Positions 16,966 through 26,758 of a stretch of DNA of 64,000 nucleotides are shown here, in pieces. Within the stretch, counting starts at the first letter, position 1. Each line of letters starts with the position of its first letter. The stretch is from Spirochaetota bacterium (lineage in GTDB: Bacteria; Spirochaetota; Spirochaetia; Treponematales; UBA12059): positions 11,947 through 75,946 of the forward strand of contig JADFDI010000009.1 of NCBI GenBank assembly GCA_018262985.1, in the 5' to 3' direction. Below the pieces are notes generated by a model, which saw only the letters and a list, made by a program, of their open reading frames with translations, was not told where the DNA came from and made no database searches. The position numbers were made by a program, and so were the translations under genes.

Positions 16966-19231
16966 CCGCGAGCGTCGTGAAGCGGCGCCGGCCCGAGGCG
17001 TCGGGCGGCGTACGCTCGACGCCGTGGATCTCGCTCTCGTAGCCCGGGAAGGCGTCCTCGAACTCCTCGCGGGCGAGGAGGTAGTCGACGACGGCGCGCG
17101 AGGAGGCGTCGAGGCGTTCGCCTCCCATGACGAGCGGGATGCCCGGAGGGTAGGGCGCCACCATGATCGCCGCGGTCCGCGGCGAGCGGACGGGATCGAG
17201 CTCCGAGAGGACGACGGTCTCGACCTCGCCGCGGACGATGGCGCGGTGCGCGTCCGCCGGGATCAGGTCGCGCTCCGGGACCGCGAGCGAGGCCGCGGCC
17301 AGTTTCTCCATGAGGCCGAGCGACCTGACGGCGCGGTGCATCTCGAGACCGTGGTCGCGGAGGCCCTGGCCCGCGTAGCGCCCCGGGTGCGCGCGGACGA
17401 GCTCGGGGAAGACGGTTTCAAGCGGGGCGTTCGCCTTCCAGAGCTCGCGGAAGCGGAAGAGCTCCGCGAGGAGCGTGCCCTGCTTTCCCTTCGTCGTGCC
17501 GAGCGAGTTGAGGATGAGCCACGAGTAGTAGTCGGTCTTCTCGCAGACCACGCCGCGCTCGCCGAGCCGGCGCGCCACGATGGCCGCGGGCACCCCTTCC
17601 TCGCTCCAGGCGCCCGAGGCGTCGAGGCCGGGGCAGAGGAAGGTGAGCTTGATCGGATCGAGCATGGCGAACGGCTCGGGGTAGGCCCCGCGGGGGAAGC
17701 CGTGCCACGCGTCGCCCGGGACGAGGGTCCAGGCGCCGGGGTCCGCCATGAGCTCGCCCGTCGTCGAGTCGGGCAGGGAGGGCGGCTGCCACAGGTCGAA
17801 GAACCAGTCGCCTTCGGCCTTCTCCTCGCGCGCGATGCGCGCCACCTTGCGCCGGAGCTCGATCGCTTCCTCGAGGGTGTCCGACTGCGCGACGAAGCCG
17901 TTGTCGTGCATCATCTTGGTCGCCACCTCGAGCGAGGCGACCATGGCGTACTGCGGCGAGGTGGAGCCGTGCATCATGTAGGTCTCGTTGAAGCGGCGGT
18001 GGAAATCCTCGCGGGCCTCCGCGGAGGCGCGGACGCCCTCGGGGAAGCGCACGTGGATCATCGAGGCCTGCGAGAGCGCCGTGAGCAGCTTGTGCGTCGA
18101 GTGCGTCGCGAAGACGAGGCGCTCCCCGCCCTCGAGCGACATGGCGTAGCGGCCGCGGTACAACGGGTGGAAGGCGGCGTAGGCGAACCAGGCCTCGTCG
18201 AAGTGGAGCGCCGCGGCGCCGGCGAGCTTCCGCGCCGCGTGCTCGACGTCGTAGCAGATGCCGTCGTAGGTCGAGTTCGTGAGCGCGGCCATGGCCCAGC
18301 GCCCGGACGGATCGACCGAGCCGAAATCGGCCGGTCCGATGATGCCGAGCGCGTTGCGCACTGGCCGGAGGTACTCCGGCGTCGCGCCCGTGGCGACCAT
18401 GGCGTGCGAGAGCGACTTGTGGCAGTTGCGGTCCAGCAGGCACGCGTCGCCGCGGCCGACCGTCGCCCGCCAGACCACCTGGTTGCCGGCGGAGGTGCCG
18501 TTGAGCACGTAGTAGCTGCGGTCGGCGCCGAACACGCGCGCGGAGAAGCGCTCGGCCTCGCCCGCCACGCCCGAATGGTCGAGCAGCGAGCCCAATTCCG
18601 GCACCGAGATGGAGAGGTCGGCGCGCAGCATGTTCTCGCCGAAGAATTTGTGGAAGGCCGTGCCGGACGGGCTTTTCAGGAAGCCCTGGCCGCCCATGTG
18701 GCCGGGGGTGTGCCAGGCGAAGTTGTACTCGTGCACGTAGTCGACGAGGGTCTCGAAGAAGGGCGGCAGCACCTCGGCCGCGTATTCGCCGACCGCGCGC
18801 TCGATGCGGCCCGCGTTGAAGCGCGGCGTGTCGGTCAGCTTCCACGCGACGCCCGAGACGCGTTCGAGCGCCCGGTTCGGGATGCCCTCCACCGAGGAAC
18901 GGTCGGAGATGACGAGGACGGGGATGTTCGCGTTGCGCGAACGGAGGTACTCGACGAAGCGGGTGGCCGCGTCGCCGGGGCCTGCCTCCTCCTCGGCGCG
19001 GCTCGAACGGCCGCCGTTCCGGGTCTCCCAGTCGACGACGACCGCGCCGAGGTCCTCGCGCGAGTACACGACGTCGCGCGCGTCGCCGAAGGCCGTGGCG
19101 AAGAGCGACGAGTAGCCGTCGGCGGCGAGCACCTCGACGATCTCCCTGAGCCAGGCGCCCTCGTCCGTCTGCTTCTGCAGCTGGTCCGAGACGAAGAGCA
19201 CCGGCCACGAACGCTTGCCGATCGAATTCAT
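16952..19231 (-). CDS. Orn/Lys/Arg decarboxylase (PLP, with N-terminal wing domain)
   Basis: HTPGH, NGTS, DRNCHKS, HFDEAW, HSTHKLL and PYPPGIP motifs. Confidence 0.92.
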   Translation of the reverse strand: MNSIGKRSWPVLFVSDQLQKQTDEGAWLREIVEVLAADGYSSLFATAFGDARDVVYSREDLGAVVVDWETRNGGRSSRAEEEAGPGDAATRFVEYLRSRNANIPVLVISDRSSVEGIPNRALERVSGVAWKLTDTPRFNAGRIERAVGEYAAEVLPPFFETLVDYVHEYNFAWHTPGHMGGQGFLKSPSGTAFHKFFGENMLRADLSISVPELGSLLDHSGVAGEAERFSARVFGADRSYYVLNGTSAGNQVVWRATVGRGDACLLDRNCHKSLSHAMVATGATPEYLRPVRNALGIIGPADFGSVDPSGRWAMAALTNSTYDGICYDVEHAARKLAGAAALHFDEAWFAYAAFHPLYRGRYAMSLEGGERLVFATHSTHKLLTALSQASMIHVRFPEGVRASAEAREDFHRRFNETYMMHGSTSPQYAMVASLEVATKMMHDNGFVAQSDTLEEAIELRRKVARIAREEKAEGDWFFDLWQPPSLPDSTTGELMADPGAWTLVPGDAWHGFPRGAYPEPFAMLDPIKLTFLCPGLDASGAWSEEGVPAAIVARRLGERGVVCEKTDYYSWLILNSLGTTKGKQGTLLAELFRFRELWKANAPLETVFPELVRAHPGRYAGQGLRDHGLEMHRAVRSLGLMEKLAAASLAVPERDLIPADAHRAIVRGEVETVVLSELDPVRSPRTAAIMVAPYPPGIPLVMGGERLDASSRAVVDYLLAREEFEDAFPGYESEIHGVERTPPDASGRRRFTTLAVRGR

Positions 19232-19315
19232 GGAACCTCCGCACTGCGGAGAGTCTCGGGGCGGAGGCGGCGCCGCGTCAAGCGCCCGCGCGGGACGGCG
19301 TCCACCCCGTCGCCG

Positions 19316-19945
19316 CTAGGGCTTGCCCGCCGCCTGCAGTTTCGCGGCGGCGAGCTCCAGCCTGCGCCGCTCGGGGGCGGACAGCTTCCCTTCCCCGAGG
19401 AGCCACGCGACCATGTCGAGCGCCTGGTTCCGGGGTACCCGCGCGTCGCCGCCCTTCTCGAAGATGGCGATCAAGGCTTCCCGGTCGCCCGGCAGGTACG
19501 ACCCGACGCCGAACACGGCCGGCAGCCGCGAGTGGAAGGAGTAGCGGAGGAAGCGGAGCTCGAGCGAGTCCGGCGCCGCCTCGACGAGTCCCCGCCATTG
19601 CTCGAGCGCGGCGTTGACCCGGTTGAATTTCACGAGCAGGTTCGGGTCGTGCTTGCCGACTAAGCCCTCGAGCGAGGCCCGGTAGGCGCGGGCGACGAGG
19701 GGCCAGGAGCGGCGCTCGGGGCCGAAGCGGGCCGCCAGGGCCGCGATGGCGGATTCCGTCGCCGCGAGCGAGTCGACCGCCCGGTAGAACGAGGAGCGGA
19801 CGAGCTCGAGCGCGTCCGGAGCGAAGCCCGCGTAGGGATCGACGGTCTGGGCCATGGCGGCCTCCTTGGACGGGGCGAGGATGAGGACGAAGGCGGCGAT
19901 GAGCGCCGCGGGGCGAAGGCCGCGTCGCGACGAGCCGGGCGTCAT
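19316..19945 (-). CDS. Exported helical hypothetical protein, last gene of the crt-mva operon
   Basis: Signal-peptide-like N-terminus; PDSLELRFLRYS motif; ATGA-coupled to mvk. Confidence 0.7.
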   Translation of the reverse strand: MTPGSSRRGLRPAALIAAFVLILAPSKEAAMAQTVDPYAGFAPDALELVRSSFYRAVDSLAATESAIAALAARFGPERRSWPLVARAYRASLEGLVGKHDPNLLVKFNRVNAALEQWRGLVEAAPDSLELRFLRYSFHSRLPAVFGVGSYLPGDREALIAIFEKGGDARVPRNQALDMVAWLLGEGKLSAPERRRLELAAAKLQAAGKP

Positions 19946-20889
19946 GGTCGGAGGACCTCCGGTCCGAAGGGAAGGGAGAGGCCGAGCTTCGCCGCCGCGG
20001 CCCGCACGGCTTCCGCGACGCGCCCGGCGTCCGCGCGGTTTTTCGCGGCGAGCCAGAAGGCGCCTCCCGCCCCGCCGCCCGAGAGCTTGCCGCCCGTCGC
20101 GCCGGCGGCCTCGCCCGCGCCGATCAAGGCGTCGAGCTCCGGGGTTGAGAGGCCGAGGCCGCCGAGCCTCTCCTGGGCGCGGCGGGCCAGCTGGCCGATC
20201 CGCGCGGCGAGCGCGGCGTCCCAGGGGCCGTTCCGCAGGGCGAGCCAGGCTTCGTCCGACAGGTCCCCGAGCGCCTCGATTGCCGCGAGGGCGCGGGCCT
20301 CGCCCGCCTTGACGGCCCGCCCGACGGCGGCCACCGAGGCCTTGCAGGAGGCCACGCGCGGCGCCGCGGCCACCACGAGGACGGGGCCGGGACGTTCGAG
20401 CGTCTCGACGCCCGGCGGAAAGGCCGGGCGCGGCTCGATCCGGCGGAAGCCGCCGAGCAGGGCGAGGCCCGTGTCGACGCCGGAGGGGTTCCCGTGGAAG
20501 GCGCGCTCCGCCGCGTTGGCGGCGGCCCAGAGCTCTTCGATGGACGCGGGTCGGCCGGCGACCGCTCGGGCTGCGCCCGCCGCGCGCGCGAGGGCGGCGC
20601 AGAGCGCGCCGGAGGAGCCGAAGCCCGCCTCCGGGGGTATGTTCCCGTCGGCCTCGACGAGTCCGCCGCGCTCCGGCAGGGCTAGCGCCTCGGCCACGGC
20701 CGCGAAGGCCTTCGCCACGTCGGCCTCGTAGCCGGCGGGCGCGCGCGCTTCGAGGCTCCCGGAGCCGGGGATCCAGCGCGCCTTGATGGACCGGCCCGGA
20801 AGCGCGAAGGCGACGGCCGCGCGGCCGTGCACCACGGCGTGCTCGCCGAAGAGGATGAGCTTCGCGAAGCCCTCGCCTAGGTACGCCAC
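19942..20889 (-). CDS. mvk: Mevalonate kinase
   Basis: KLILFGEHAVVHG, GFGSSGA, HGNPSGVD and KLSGGGAGG motifs. Confidence 0.9.
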   Translation of the reverse strand: MAYLGEGFAKLILFGEHAVVHGRAAVAFALPGRSIKARWIPGSGSLEARAPAGYEADVAKAFAAVAEALALPERGGLVEADGNIPPEAGFGSSGALCAALARAAGAARAVAGRPASIEELWAAANAAERAFHGNPSGVDTGLALLGGFRRIEPRPAFPPGVETLERPGPVLVVAAAPRVASCKASVAAVGRAVKAGEARALAAIEALGDLSDEAWLALRNGPWDAALAARIGQLARRAQERLGGLGLSTPELDALIGAGEAAGATGGKLSGGGAGGAFWLAAKNRADAGRVAEAVRAAAAKLGLSLPFGPEVLRP

Positions 20890-21821
20890 GCGGGACCTCC
20901 CGCGGGGACGACGCGCCCGAGGCCCGGGGGGACGTCGCGGGCGCCCGGCGGGAAGAAGGCCAGGCCGAGCTCGTCGCCGGCGCCGCTCGCCTTGATGGCG
21001 GCGCTTTCGAAGCCCGGAGGCGCTTCGAGGCGGGCGGGAAAGCCGATGGCGTCGCCGATCGCGAGGCCGGCTTCCCGGGCGGGCCCGAGCCGTTCGAGGA
21101 AGGCCGCCGCGTCGGGAGCCCGCGCCAGGGACCGCACGGCGCGCTCGGAGGCCGCCAGGAGGCGTTCGGACCCCCCGGGATCGCGGTTCGTCCAGGCTTC
21201 GAAGGCGGCGACCGCCTCCGCGCTCGACACGGGAGTCTTTCCGGAGAAGACGCGACCTTCCGGGACGGGCAGGCCGGGCAGCGGGGTCCAGCGCGGCTGC
21301 AAGCCGCCTTCGAAGAGCCCCGCGCCGCCGTGGAGCGATGCGTAAACGTCGTAGCCGGAACCCCGGCCGCCTTGGGCCGCGCGGTGTCCCGCGAGCGCCG
21401 CTTCGAGCGCGAAGGCGTCGAGGGCGCTCCCTTCGAGCCCCGCCGCCCTGCCCGCGAGCAGGCAGAAGGCCGCGGCGGCGGCGGCGCTCGAGCCGAAGCC
21501 GGCCTTGCGGCCGTCCGGGCGGGAAAAGTCCCGGCTGTCGAGCTCGAGCTCGAGCGGTCGGGGGACCGCGCCGCGCGAGCGCAGACCCGCCTCGGCCGCC
21601 TCGAGCAGCGCCCAGAGGAAACGATTCTGGCGCGCGCCGTCGTCGACGGGCGACCAGGAGGAGCCGCCCGAACCCATGAGGACCGCGACCTTCCAGCGGG
21701 GCGAGGGCGCCGCCTCGGCGCGGAGCCGCGGCTCCACGGCGAGCGCGAGGCCGGATCCCCCTTCGCGGAGCACGAGGTACTCGCCCGCGACGAGCAGGTT
21801 GCCGGGAACGGAGAGTTTCAT
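20877..21821 (-). CDS. Phosphomevalonate kinase (GHMP)
   Basis: VPGNLLVAGEY, KAGFGSSA, QGGRGSGYD and KASGAG motifs. Confidence 0.85.
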   Translation of the reverse strand: MKLSVPGNLLVAGEYLVLREGGSGLALAVEPRLRAEAAPSPRWKVAVLMGSGGSSWSPVDDGARQNRFLWALLEAAEAGLRSRGAVPRPLELELDSRDFSRPDGRKAGFGSSAAAAAAFCLLAGRAAGLEGSALDAFALEAALAGHRAAQGGRGSGYDVYASLHGGAGLFEGGLQPRWTPLPGLPVPEGRVFSGKTPVSSAEAVAAFEAWTNRDPGGSERLLAASERAVRSLARAPDAAAFLERLGPAREAGLAIGDAIGFPARLEAPPGFESAAIKASGAGDELGLAFFPPGARDVPPGLGRVVPAGGPAWRT

Positions 21822-22867
21822 GGCGTTCCGCTCCCCCGGTCCATCATCCCGTCGCCGGGGGCGGGGCCGAGGTCCGGGCCGGCGCCGGGTTTCGCCACGA
21901 TGAGTTCGCAGCCGGGCACGGCCCCGCGGAGCGCGGCCTCCACCGCGGCGAGCTCCGGGGCCAGGCAGAACACCTTGACCTGGGGGCCCGCGTCCATGGT
22001 CTCCCAGGCGCCGATTCCGCGGGCGCGCAGGTCCGCGCAGGCCCTGATCAGCGCCACCGAGTCGGGCAGCCAGTAGAGCACGGGCGGCACGGCCGCCAGG
22101 GCGCTCGCGTGCATGCGCAGGTACGAGAGCCGCATGAGGTCGCCGAGCTTTTCCGCGTCGCGAGAGCGGAAGGCGGCGAGCGCCTCGCGCGAAACCTTGC
22201 GGGCGTCGCGCACCCAGGGGGCGTAGTAGGGCGAGCTCGTCCGGGTCAGCTCCATGGCGCCGCGAGAGGAGTCGCGCTTCTTCTCGCGCGTCGCGAGCGC
22301 CACGACGACGCGGAAGTCCGGCCAGTAGCCAGGATCCTCGAGGGGCTCGGCGCGGCGCGCGCCCGCGGGCAGGAGGGTGAAGCCGCCGTAGACCGCGCGG
22401 GCGGCCGAGGCGGACCCGAGCCGCGCCAGTTCCGAGGCGAGGGCGTTCGCGCGGGTCCCCCCGGACCGGCCCGAGAGGGCGGCGCAGCCGAGGGCCAGCG
22501 CCGCGAAGCCCGAGGACGAGCTCGCGAGGCCCGCGGCCGACGGGAAGGAGTTCTCGCTCGACGCGGCGAAATGGAGCGGGGAGCGGAAGAGCCGGCGCGC
22601 CTCGCCGAAGAAGGGCGCGTAGCGGGCGGCGTCCTGGAGCTCGCCGCCGACCCGGACCGCGTCTCCTTCGCCCGGCGCGGCGACCCGGACGAGGGTGCGC
22701 GTGTCGAGCCCCGCGAGCGTCACCGCGAGGCTCGTGGTGGCGGGCAGGTTGCGGCCCCCCGGCTTCTTCCCCCAGTATTTCACGAGCGCGAGGCTCGGCG
22801 AGGTCCGCACCAGGACGGCGCCCGGGGTCGCGGCGCCGCTCGCGGGTTTCGGATTGGTGCCGCTCAA
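21818..22867 (-). CDS. mvaD: Diphosphomevalonate decarboxylase
   Basis: LALVKYWGK, AGLASSSSG, GSASAARA and TMDAGPQV; TTG start after GGAGG. Confidence 0.92.
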   Translation of the reverse strand: MSGTNPKPASGAATPGAVLVRTSPSLALVKYWGKKPGGRNLPATTSLAVTLAGLDTRTLVRVAAPGEGDAVRVGGELQDAARYAPFFGEARRLFRSPLHFAASSENSFPSAAGLASSSSGFAALALGCAALSGRSGGTRANALASELARLGSASAARAVYGGFTLLPAGARRAEPLEDPGYWPDFRVVVALATREKKRDSSRGAMELTRTSSPYYAPWVRDARKVSREALAAFRSRDAEKLGDLMRLSYLRMHASALAAVPPVLYWLPDSVALIRACADLRARGIGAWETMDAGPQVKVFCLAPELAAVEAALRGAVPGCELIVAKPGAGPDLGPAPGDGMMDRGSGTP

Positions 22868-24153
22868 GGCTTTCCTCCGTCCCGGGCGCGGAGCGCCGCG
22901 AGAGCCTTCGCGGCGGCTGCGGCGGTCCATTCGCCATCGGCGGCCATGAGCTCGGCGGCGCGGCGCGGCTCGTCGCCGCGGGCGCCGGCCTTGTACGCGA
23001 GCCTGGCGGCATGCAGCCTCATGTGGCCGCCCTGTATGCCGCCCGTGACGAGGGCCAGCAGGGCCGCGAAGTTCTGCGCCAGTCCCAGCGCCGCGGCGAT
23101 CCGCGCCAACCCGCGCGAGTCGGGATTCCCGAGCAGGCGGAGCGCGGCCCGCGCGGCGGGGTGCAAGTCCACCGAGCCGCCGACCGTGCCGAGCGCGAGC
23201 GGCAGCTCGATGGAGCCGTGGAGGACCTCGCCTTCGGCGCGGTACGCGGTGAGCGGGCGGAGCCGGCCCGTCCTCGCTGCCCAGGTGTGGGCGGCGGCCT
23301 CGACGGCTCGGGTGTCGTTCATGGTGGCCTGCGCGAGCGCGGCGATGCCGTTCATGACGCCCTTGTTGTGGGTGACGGCGCGGCGCGGATCGTCGACGGC
23401 CAGGTCGCAGGCCAGCGCGACGCGACGCGCGGCCTCGGCGGCGGAAAGGCCGCGCGCGAAGGGCTCGAGGGCGGCGTAGGGCAGCGCGAAGCGCGCGCGC
23501 GCGAGGCGGCGCGGCGAGTCGTTCGAGAGGATGCACATGAGGGCGCGGCCGCCCGAGAGGCGCTCCGCGACGGGGCGGGCGGCTTCGGCCGCCGTGTTGA
23601 GCAGGTTTGCGCCCATGGCGTCGCGGACGTCGACCGAGATCGCGACCGAGACCAGGCCCGTGGCGGGCAAGCGGCCCACCTCGAGGCCGCGGAAACCGCC
23701 CCCGCGCTTCTCGAGCGGGGCCTGTCCCTTCCGGACGGCCGACTCGACCTCGCGCGCGCCTTCGGCCGAGCGGAGCCTGGCTTCGCCCGCCGCGTCGACG
23801 CCCTCGAGGTAGACGTAACCCTCCATGACGCTCTCGTCCGCCTCGGTGGAAAAGCCTCCGCCGGCGGACACGATGCGCGCGGCGTGAGAGGCGGCCGCGA
23901 CGACGGAGGGTTCCTCTACGGCGAGCGGGACGGAGAGCTCGCGGCCGTCGACCAGGAAGCCCGTCGCGACGCCGAGGGGCAGGGGCAGGACGCCGACGGC
24001 GTTCTCGACCATCAGGTCGGCCAGGGTGAAGGCGCCGTCCGTGGCGGCGGCCGCCGCGCGTTCGTCTTCGTCGGCGAGCAGGCGATCTTCCCAGAAGGCG
24101 CGGCGCTCCGCTGCCGGAAGCTTGCGGAAGCCGGGCGGCGGCTCCGGCCTCAC
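22864..24153 (-). CDS. mvaA: HMG-CoA reductase, class II
   Basis: ENAVG, EEPSVVAA, DAMGAN, THNKG and GIQGGHMRLH; GTGA-coupled. Confidence 0.93.
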   Translation of the reverse strand: MRPEPPPGFRKLPAAERRAFWEDRLLADEDERAAAAATDGAFTLADLMVENAVGVLPLPLGVATGFLVDGRELSVPLAVEEPSVVAAASHAARIVSAGGGFSTEADESVMEGYVYLEGVDAAGEARLRSAEGAREVESAVRKGQAPLEKRGGGFRGLEVGRLPATGLVSVAISVDVRDAMGANLLNTAAEAARPVAERLSGGRALMCILSNDSPRRLARARFALPYAALEPFARGLSAAEAARRVALACDLAVDDPRRAVTHNKGVMNGIAALAQATMNDTRAVEAAAHTWAARTGRLRPLTAYRAEGEVLHGSIELPLALGTVGGSVDLHPAARAALRLLGNPDSRGLARIAAALGLAQNFAALLALVTGGIQGGHMRLHAARLAYKAGARGDEPRRAAELMAADGEWTAAAAAKALAALRARDGGKP

Positions 24154-25265
24154 GAGGTCCGCTCCAGGCTGTAGGCGACCAGTTCCCGGAAGGCGCGCGC
24201 GGCGGCTTCCGGCGCCTTGGCGAGGATGCCGCCGAGTCCCGCGAGGGCCCCTTCCGCGTAGGCTTTCATCCGGGCGTCGTGCTCCGCCTTGACGCCGAGC
24301 GTTTCCGCGGCCGCGCGGACCGCGGCGAGCTCCGCCGCCCCGGCGCGCGGGTCGCCGAAGATCGCCTCGAGCCGCGCGGCCGTCTCTCCCTCCGCGGCGC
24401 GGAGGAGCAGCAGGCGGAAGAGGGTCTTTTTGTCCTCCCGGAGGTCCGAGCCCAGAGGTTTGCCGAGCTCGGCCTCGTCGGCGTAGACGCCGAGCTCGTC
24501 GTCCTTGAGCTGGAAGAGGAGCCCGAGCTCCTCGCCCGAGGCTTCGAGCGCGGCCCGGGTCGCGTCGCCTGAGCCCGCGATGGCCGCGCCGAGGGCGAGC
24601 GGCAGGCTGAAGGTGTAGCGGCCGGTCTTGTAGCGGTAGAGGCGGAGTATGCCCTCCTCGTCCGGCTCGGCCGGGCCGGGGGCGAAGGCGTTGCGGGCGC
24701 CGGGGCGCGCGGCCCCGTTCGCCACGTCGAGCATCTGGGCGGCGCCGACGAGGCACAGCTCGCCGGCCGCTATCTCCGCGGCCTTGCGAGCCGCCTCCGG
24801 GACGACGGGCAGCGAGGCGAGGACGCCGAAGCCCGCGAAGTAGGCCAGGTCGCCGGCGCAAACCCCCAGGGCTTCGCCGTAGTGGACCGGGTCGCCGTAG
24901 CCGGCTTCCCCGAGCGCGCGCTCGTACTCGACGTGGATGGTGGGTACGCCGCGGCGCGTCCGGTCGCGGTCCATGATGTCGTCGTGGACGAGCAGGCCCG
25001 ACTGGAAGAGCTCCATCGCCGCGCCGGCGCGTTCCACCGCCTCGAGGGCGCTTCCCTCAGCCGTCTTTCCCGAGGCGAGCTCGTAGCCGAGCCGCACCAG
25101 CACGCCGCGGATCATCTTGCCGCGGAGCGCGAAGTCCTCGAGACGCCGCGCGGCGTCGGTGCCGAGCCCGGGGGCGGCGCGGTCCCAGCGCGCGGCGCCG
25201 CCTTCCAGGGTTTCCTTGATGCGTCCCCGCACGGCGCTCCGCGCCTGATCGAAGTACTCGAGCAT
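24150..25265 (-). CDS. crtE: Polyprenyl (GGPP) synthase
   Basis: GKMIRG, HDDIMD..RRG, KTGRYT and FQLKDD motifs. Confidence 0.88.
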   Translation of the reverse strand: MLEYFDQARSAVRGRIKETLEGGAARWDRAAPGLGTDAARRLEDFALRGKMIRGVLVRLGYELASGKTAEGSALEAVERAGAAMELFQSGLLVHDDIMDRDRTRRGVPTIHVEYERALGEAGYGDPVHYGEALGVCAGDLAYFAGFGVLASLPVVPEAARKAAEIAAGELCLVGAAQMLDVANGAARPGARNAFAPGPAEPDEEGILRLYRYKTGRYTFSLPLALGAAIAGSGDATRAALEASGEELGLLFQLKDDELGVYADEAELGKPLGSDLREDKKTLFRLLLLRAAEGETAARLEAIFGDPRAGAAELAAVRAAAETLGVKAEHDARMKAYAEGALAGLGGILAKAPEAAARAFRELVAYSLERTS

Positions 25266-25329
25266 GGGTTCTCCCTTCATGATCATGGTCAGGGTCGTTG
25301 AACGGTGGAGCGGCCGTCGCGACTCTTCT

Positions 25330-26046
25330 TCAGACCGGCGACAAGGCCCAGCCAAGCCTGAGCAAGGCGAAGAATACCGCCTGGACCGCTAGCCAGGCCA
25401 GCGCGAGGAACTCGCCCGGGCGCTTCCCGCGCTCCGCCGCGGGCGTCTTGACGAACATCGAGCGGAACAGGGCGGCCGCGGCCGCGATGAGGAACCAGGC
25501 CAGGTAGTTTCGCAGGGGAATGTCGGCGCCGTCCCAGGTCCAGTAGCCGAGCCGGATGGCCGCCGGCTCCATGACCCAGTCGAAGGCCGCGGCGAAAAGC
25601 CCGGTCAGGACGGTCGCGGCGACGGCGTTCCGGGAGACCCTGCGGGCCAGCACGAAGGCGCCGTGCGTCACCAGCACCCAGTTGAAGGCGATGACGAGCG
25701 GCACTTCGAGCGCCATGGGGCCGAGGGAAGGGCCGTAGACGTAGGCGCCGAACACGAGGCCCGTGGCCACGCCGAGGGCCTCGAGGCCGAAAGTGGCGGC
25801 CCAGGCGGCGAGCGCCCAGACGGCCAGCCGCGCGCCTTCCGCCCGGACGGCCGGCGCGATGACCGCCGCGCCGCAGAGGAGCAGGAACCAGGGCGTCATG
25901 GCCAGCATGAGGGGGAGCGTGGGGGACCAGAGGTGGCCGGCGGTTCCCACCGCGAAGAGGAGGGCGATGACGAGCGCCGCCGCCTTCTCGTAGCCGGGCC
26001 GCTCCAGGACGGCGCGGAATCCCGCGGCGCGGTCGGGCGCCCTCAC
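25330..26046 (-). CDS. cruF: CruF-like carotenoid 1,2-hydratase
   Basis: EALGVATG..FGAY, VPLVIAFNW, FDWVMEP and IPLRNYLAW motifs. Confidence 0.82.
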   Translation of the reverse strand: MRAPDRAAGFRAVLERPGYEKAAALVIALLFAVGTAGHLWSPTLPLMLAMTPWFLLLCGAAVIAPAVRAEGARLAVWALAAWAATFGLEALGVATGLVFGAYVYGPSLGPMALEVPLVIAFNWVLVTHGAFVLARRVSRNAVAATVLTGLFAAAFDWVMEPAAIRLGYWTWDGADIPLRNYLAWFLIAAAAALFRSMFVKTPAAERGKRPGEFLALAWLAVQAVFFALLRLGWALSPV

Positions 26047-26747
26047 GACGCGCCTCCGGCCTTCCGCGCGCGGAGCCGGGCGAAGAGCGAGCCGAAGACG
26101 TCGAAGAGGACGAAGCTGGCGAGCAGCATCGAGAAGCTGAAGACGAAGTCCTCGACGGGGATGGTGCCGACGCGGATGCCGAGGTTGCGCGCGTCGTCGT
26201 AGAGGACGACGGGCTTGCCGGTCAGGATGCCGTTGGCGAGCGCGAAGGGAACGTAGGTGACGCCGAGCGCGATCCAGGCGTTGCGCGAGCGCAGGGTGGC
26301 GGGCGAGGCGAGGGCGCCGAGGACCAGGACCAGGGCGGCGGAGACGAGCACCACGGCCGTGTAGGTCCGGGCGAGGACGAAGGGGACGGGCAGGGCGAAG
26401 GCCGCGGCCAGGACGAGCCAGGGCGCGCGCGATGCCGCGAGCTCCGCGTCGCGGACGTAGGCGCGGACGCAGGCCAGGATGAAGACGCAGGCGTAGGGGA
26501 TGGCGACGAAGAAGAACCACTCGGCCGGCGGGAGCCCGAGCCAGCGGATCGTGCCCGCGTACTCGTCGTTGAAGGACCAGACCGCGATGGCGGTCTTCCA
26601 GACGTCCCAGGCGCCGAAGGCGAGGACGATGGCCGCGATTGCCGCGAAGAGCTCGGGCCATTTCCGGTAAAATGCCACCCTGCGGTCGAACGAGAGGGCG
26701 AGCGGCGCCGCCAGCACCAGCAGGTCCAGCATGAGGTAATAGCTCAA
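26043..26747 (-). CDS. Membrane lycopene cyclase (fused CrtYc/Yd type)
   Basis: Two repeats ending GLPPAEWFFF and IPVEDFVF; TTG after GGGAGG. Confidence 0.85.
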   Translation of the reverse strand: MSYYLMLDLLVLAAPLALSFDRRVAFYRKWPELFAAIAAIVLAFGAWDVWKTAIAVWSFNDEYAGTIRWLGLPPAEWFFFVAIPYACVFILACVRAYVRDAELAASRAPWLVLAAAFALPVPFVLARTYTAVVLVSAALVLVLGALASPATLRSRNAWIALGVTYVPFALANGILTGKPVVLYDDARNLGIRVGTIPVEDFVFSFSMLLASFVLFDVFGSLFARLRARKAGGAS

Positions 26748-26758
26748 GCGTGCCTCCC

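Noticed and set aside
15790-19231. FemX plus decarboxylase as a polyamine-peptidoglycan system
   Set aside because: The genes are convergent with only a short 3' overlap; no sequence evidence of co-regulation.
17024-19663. 879-aa plus-strand ORF and similar long antisense or alternate-frame ORFs (e.g. 30494-33169, 11150-13636)
   Set aside because: Shadow ORFs of high-GC coding DNA; Arg/Gly/Ala-rich, motif-free and overlapping well-supported genes.
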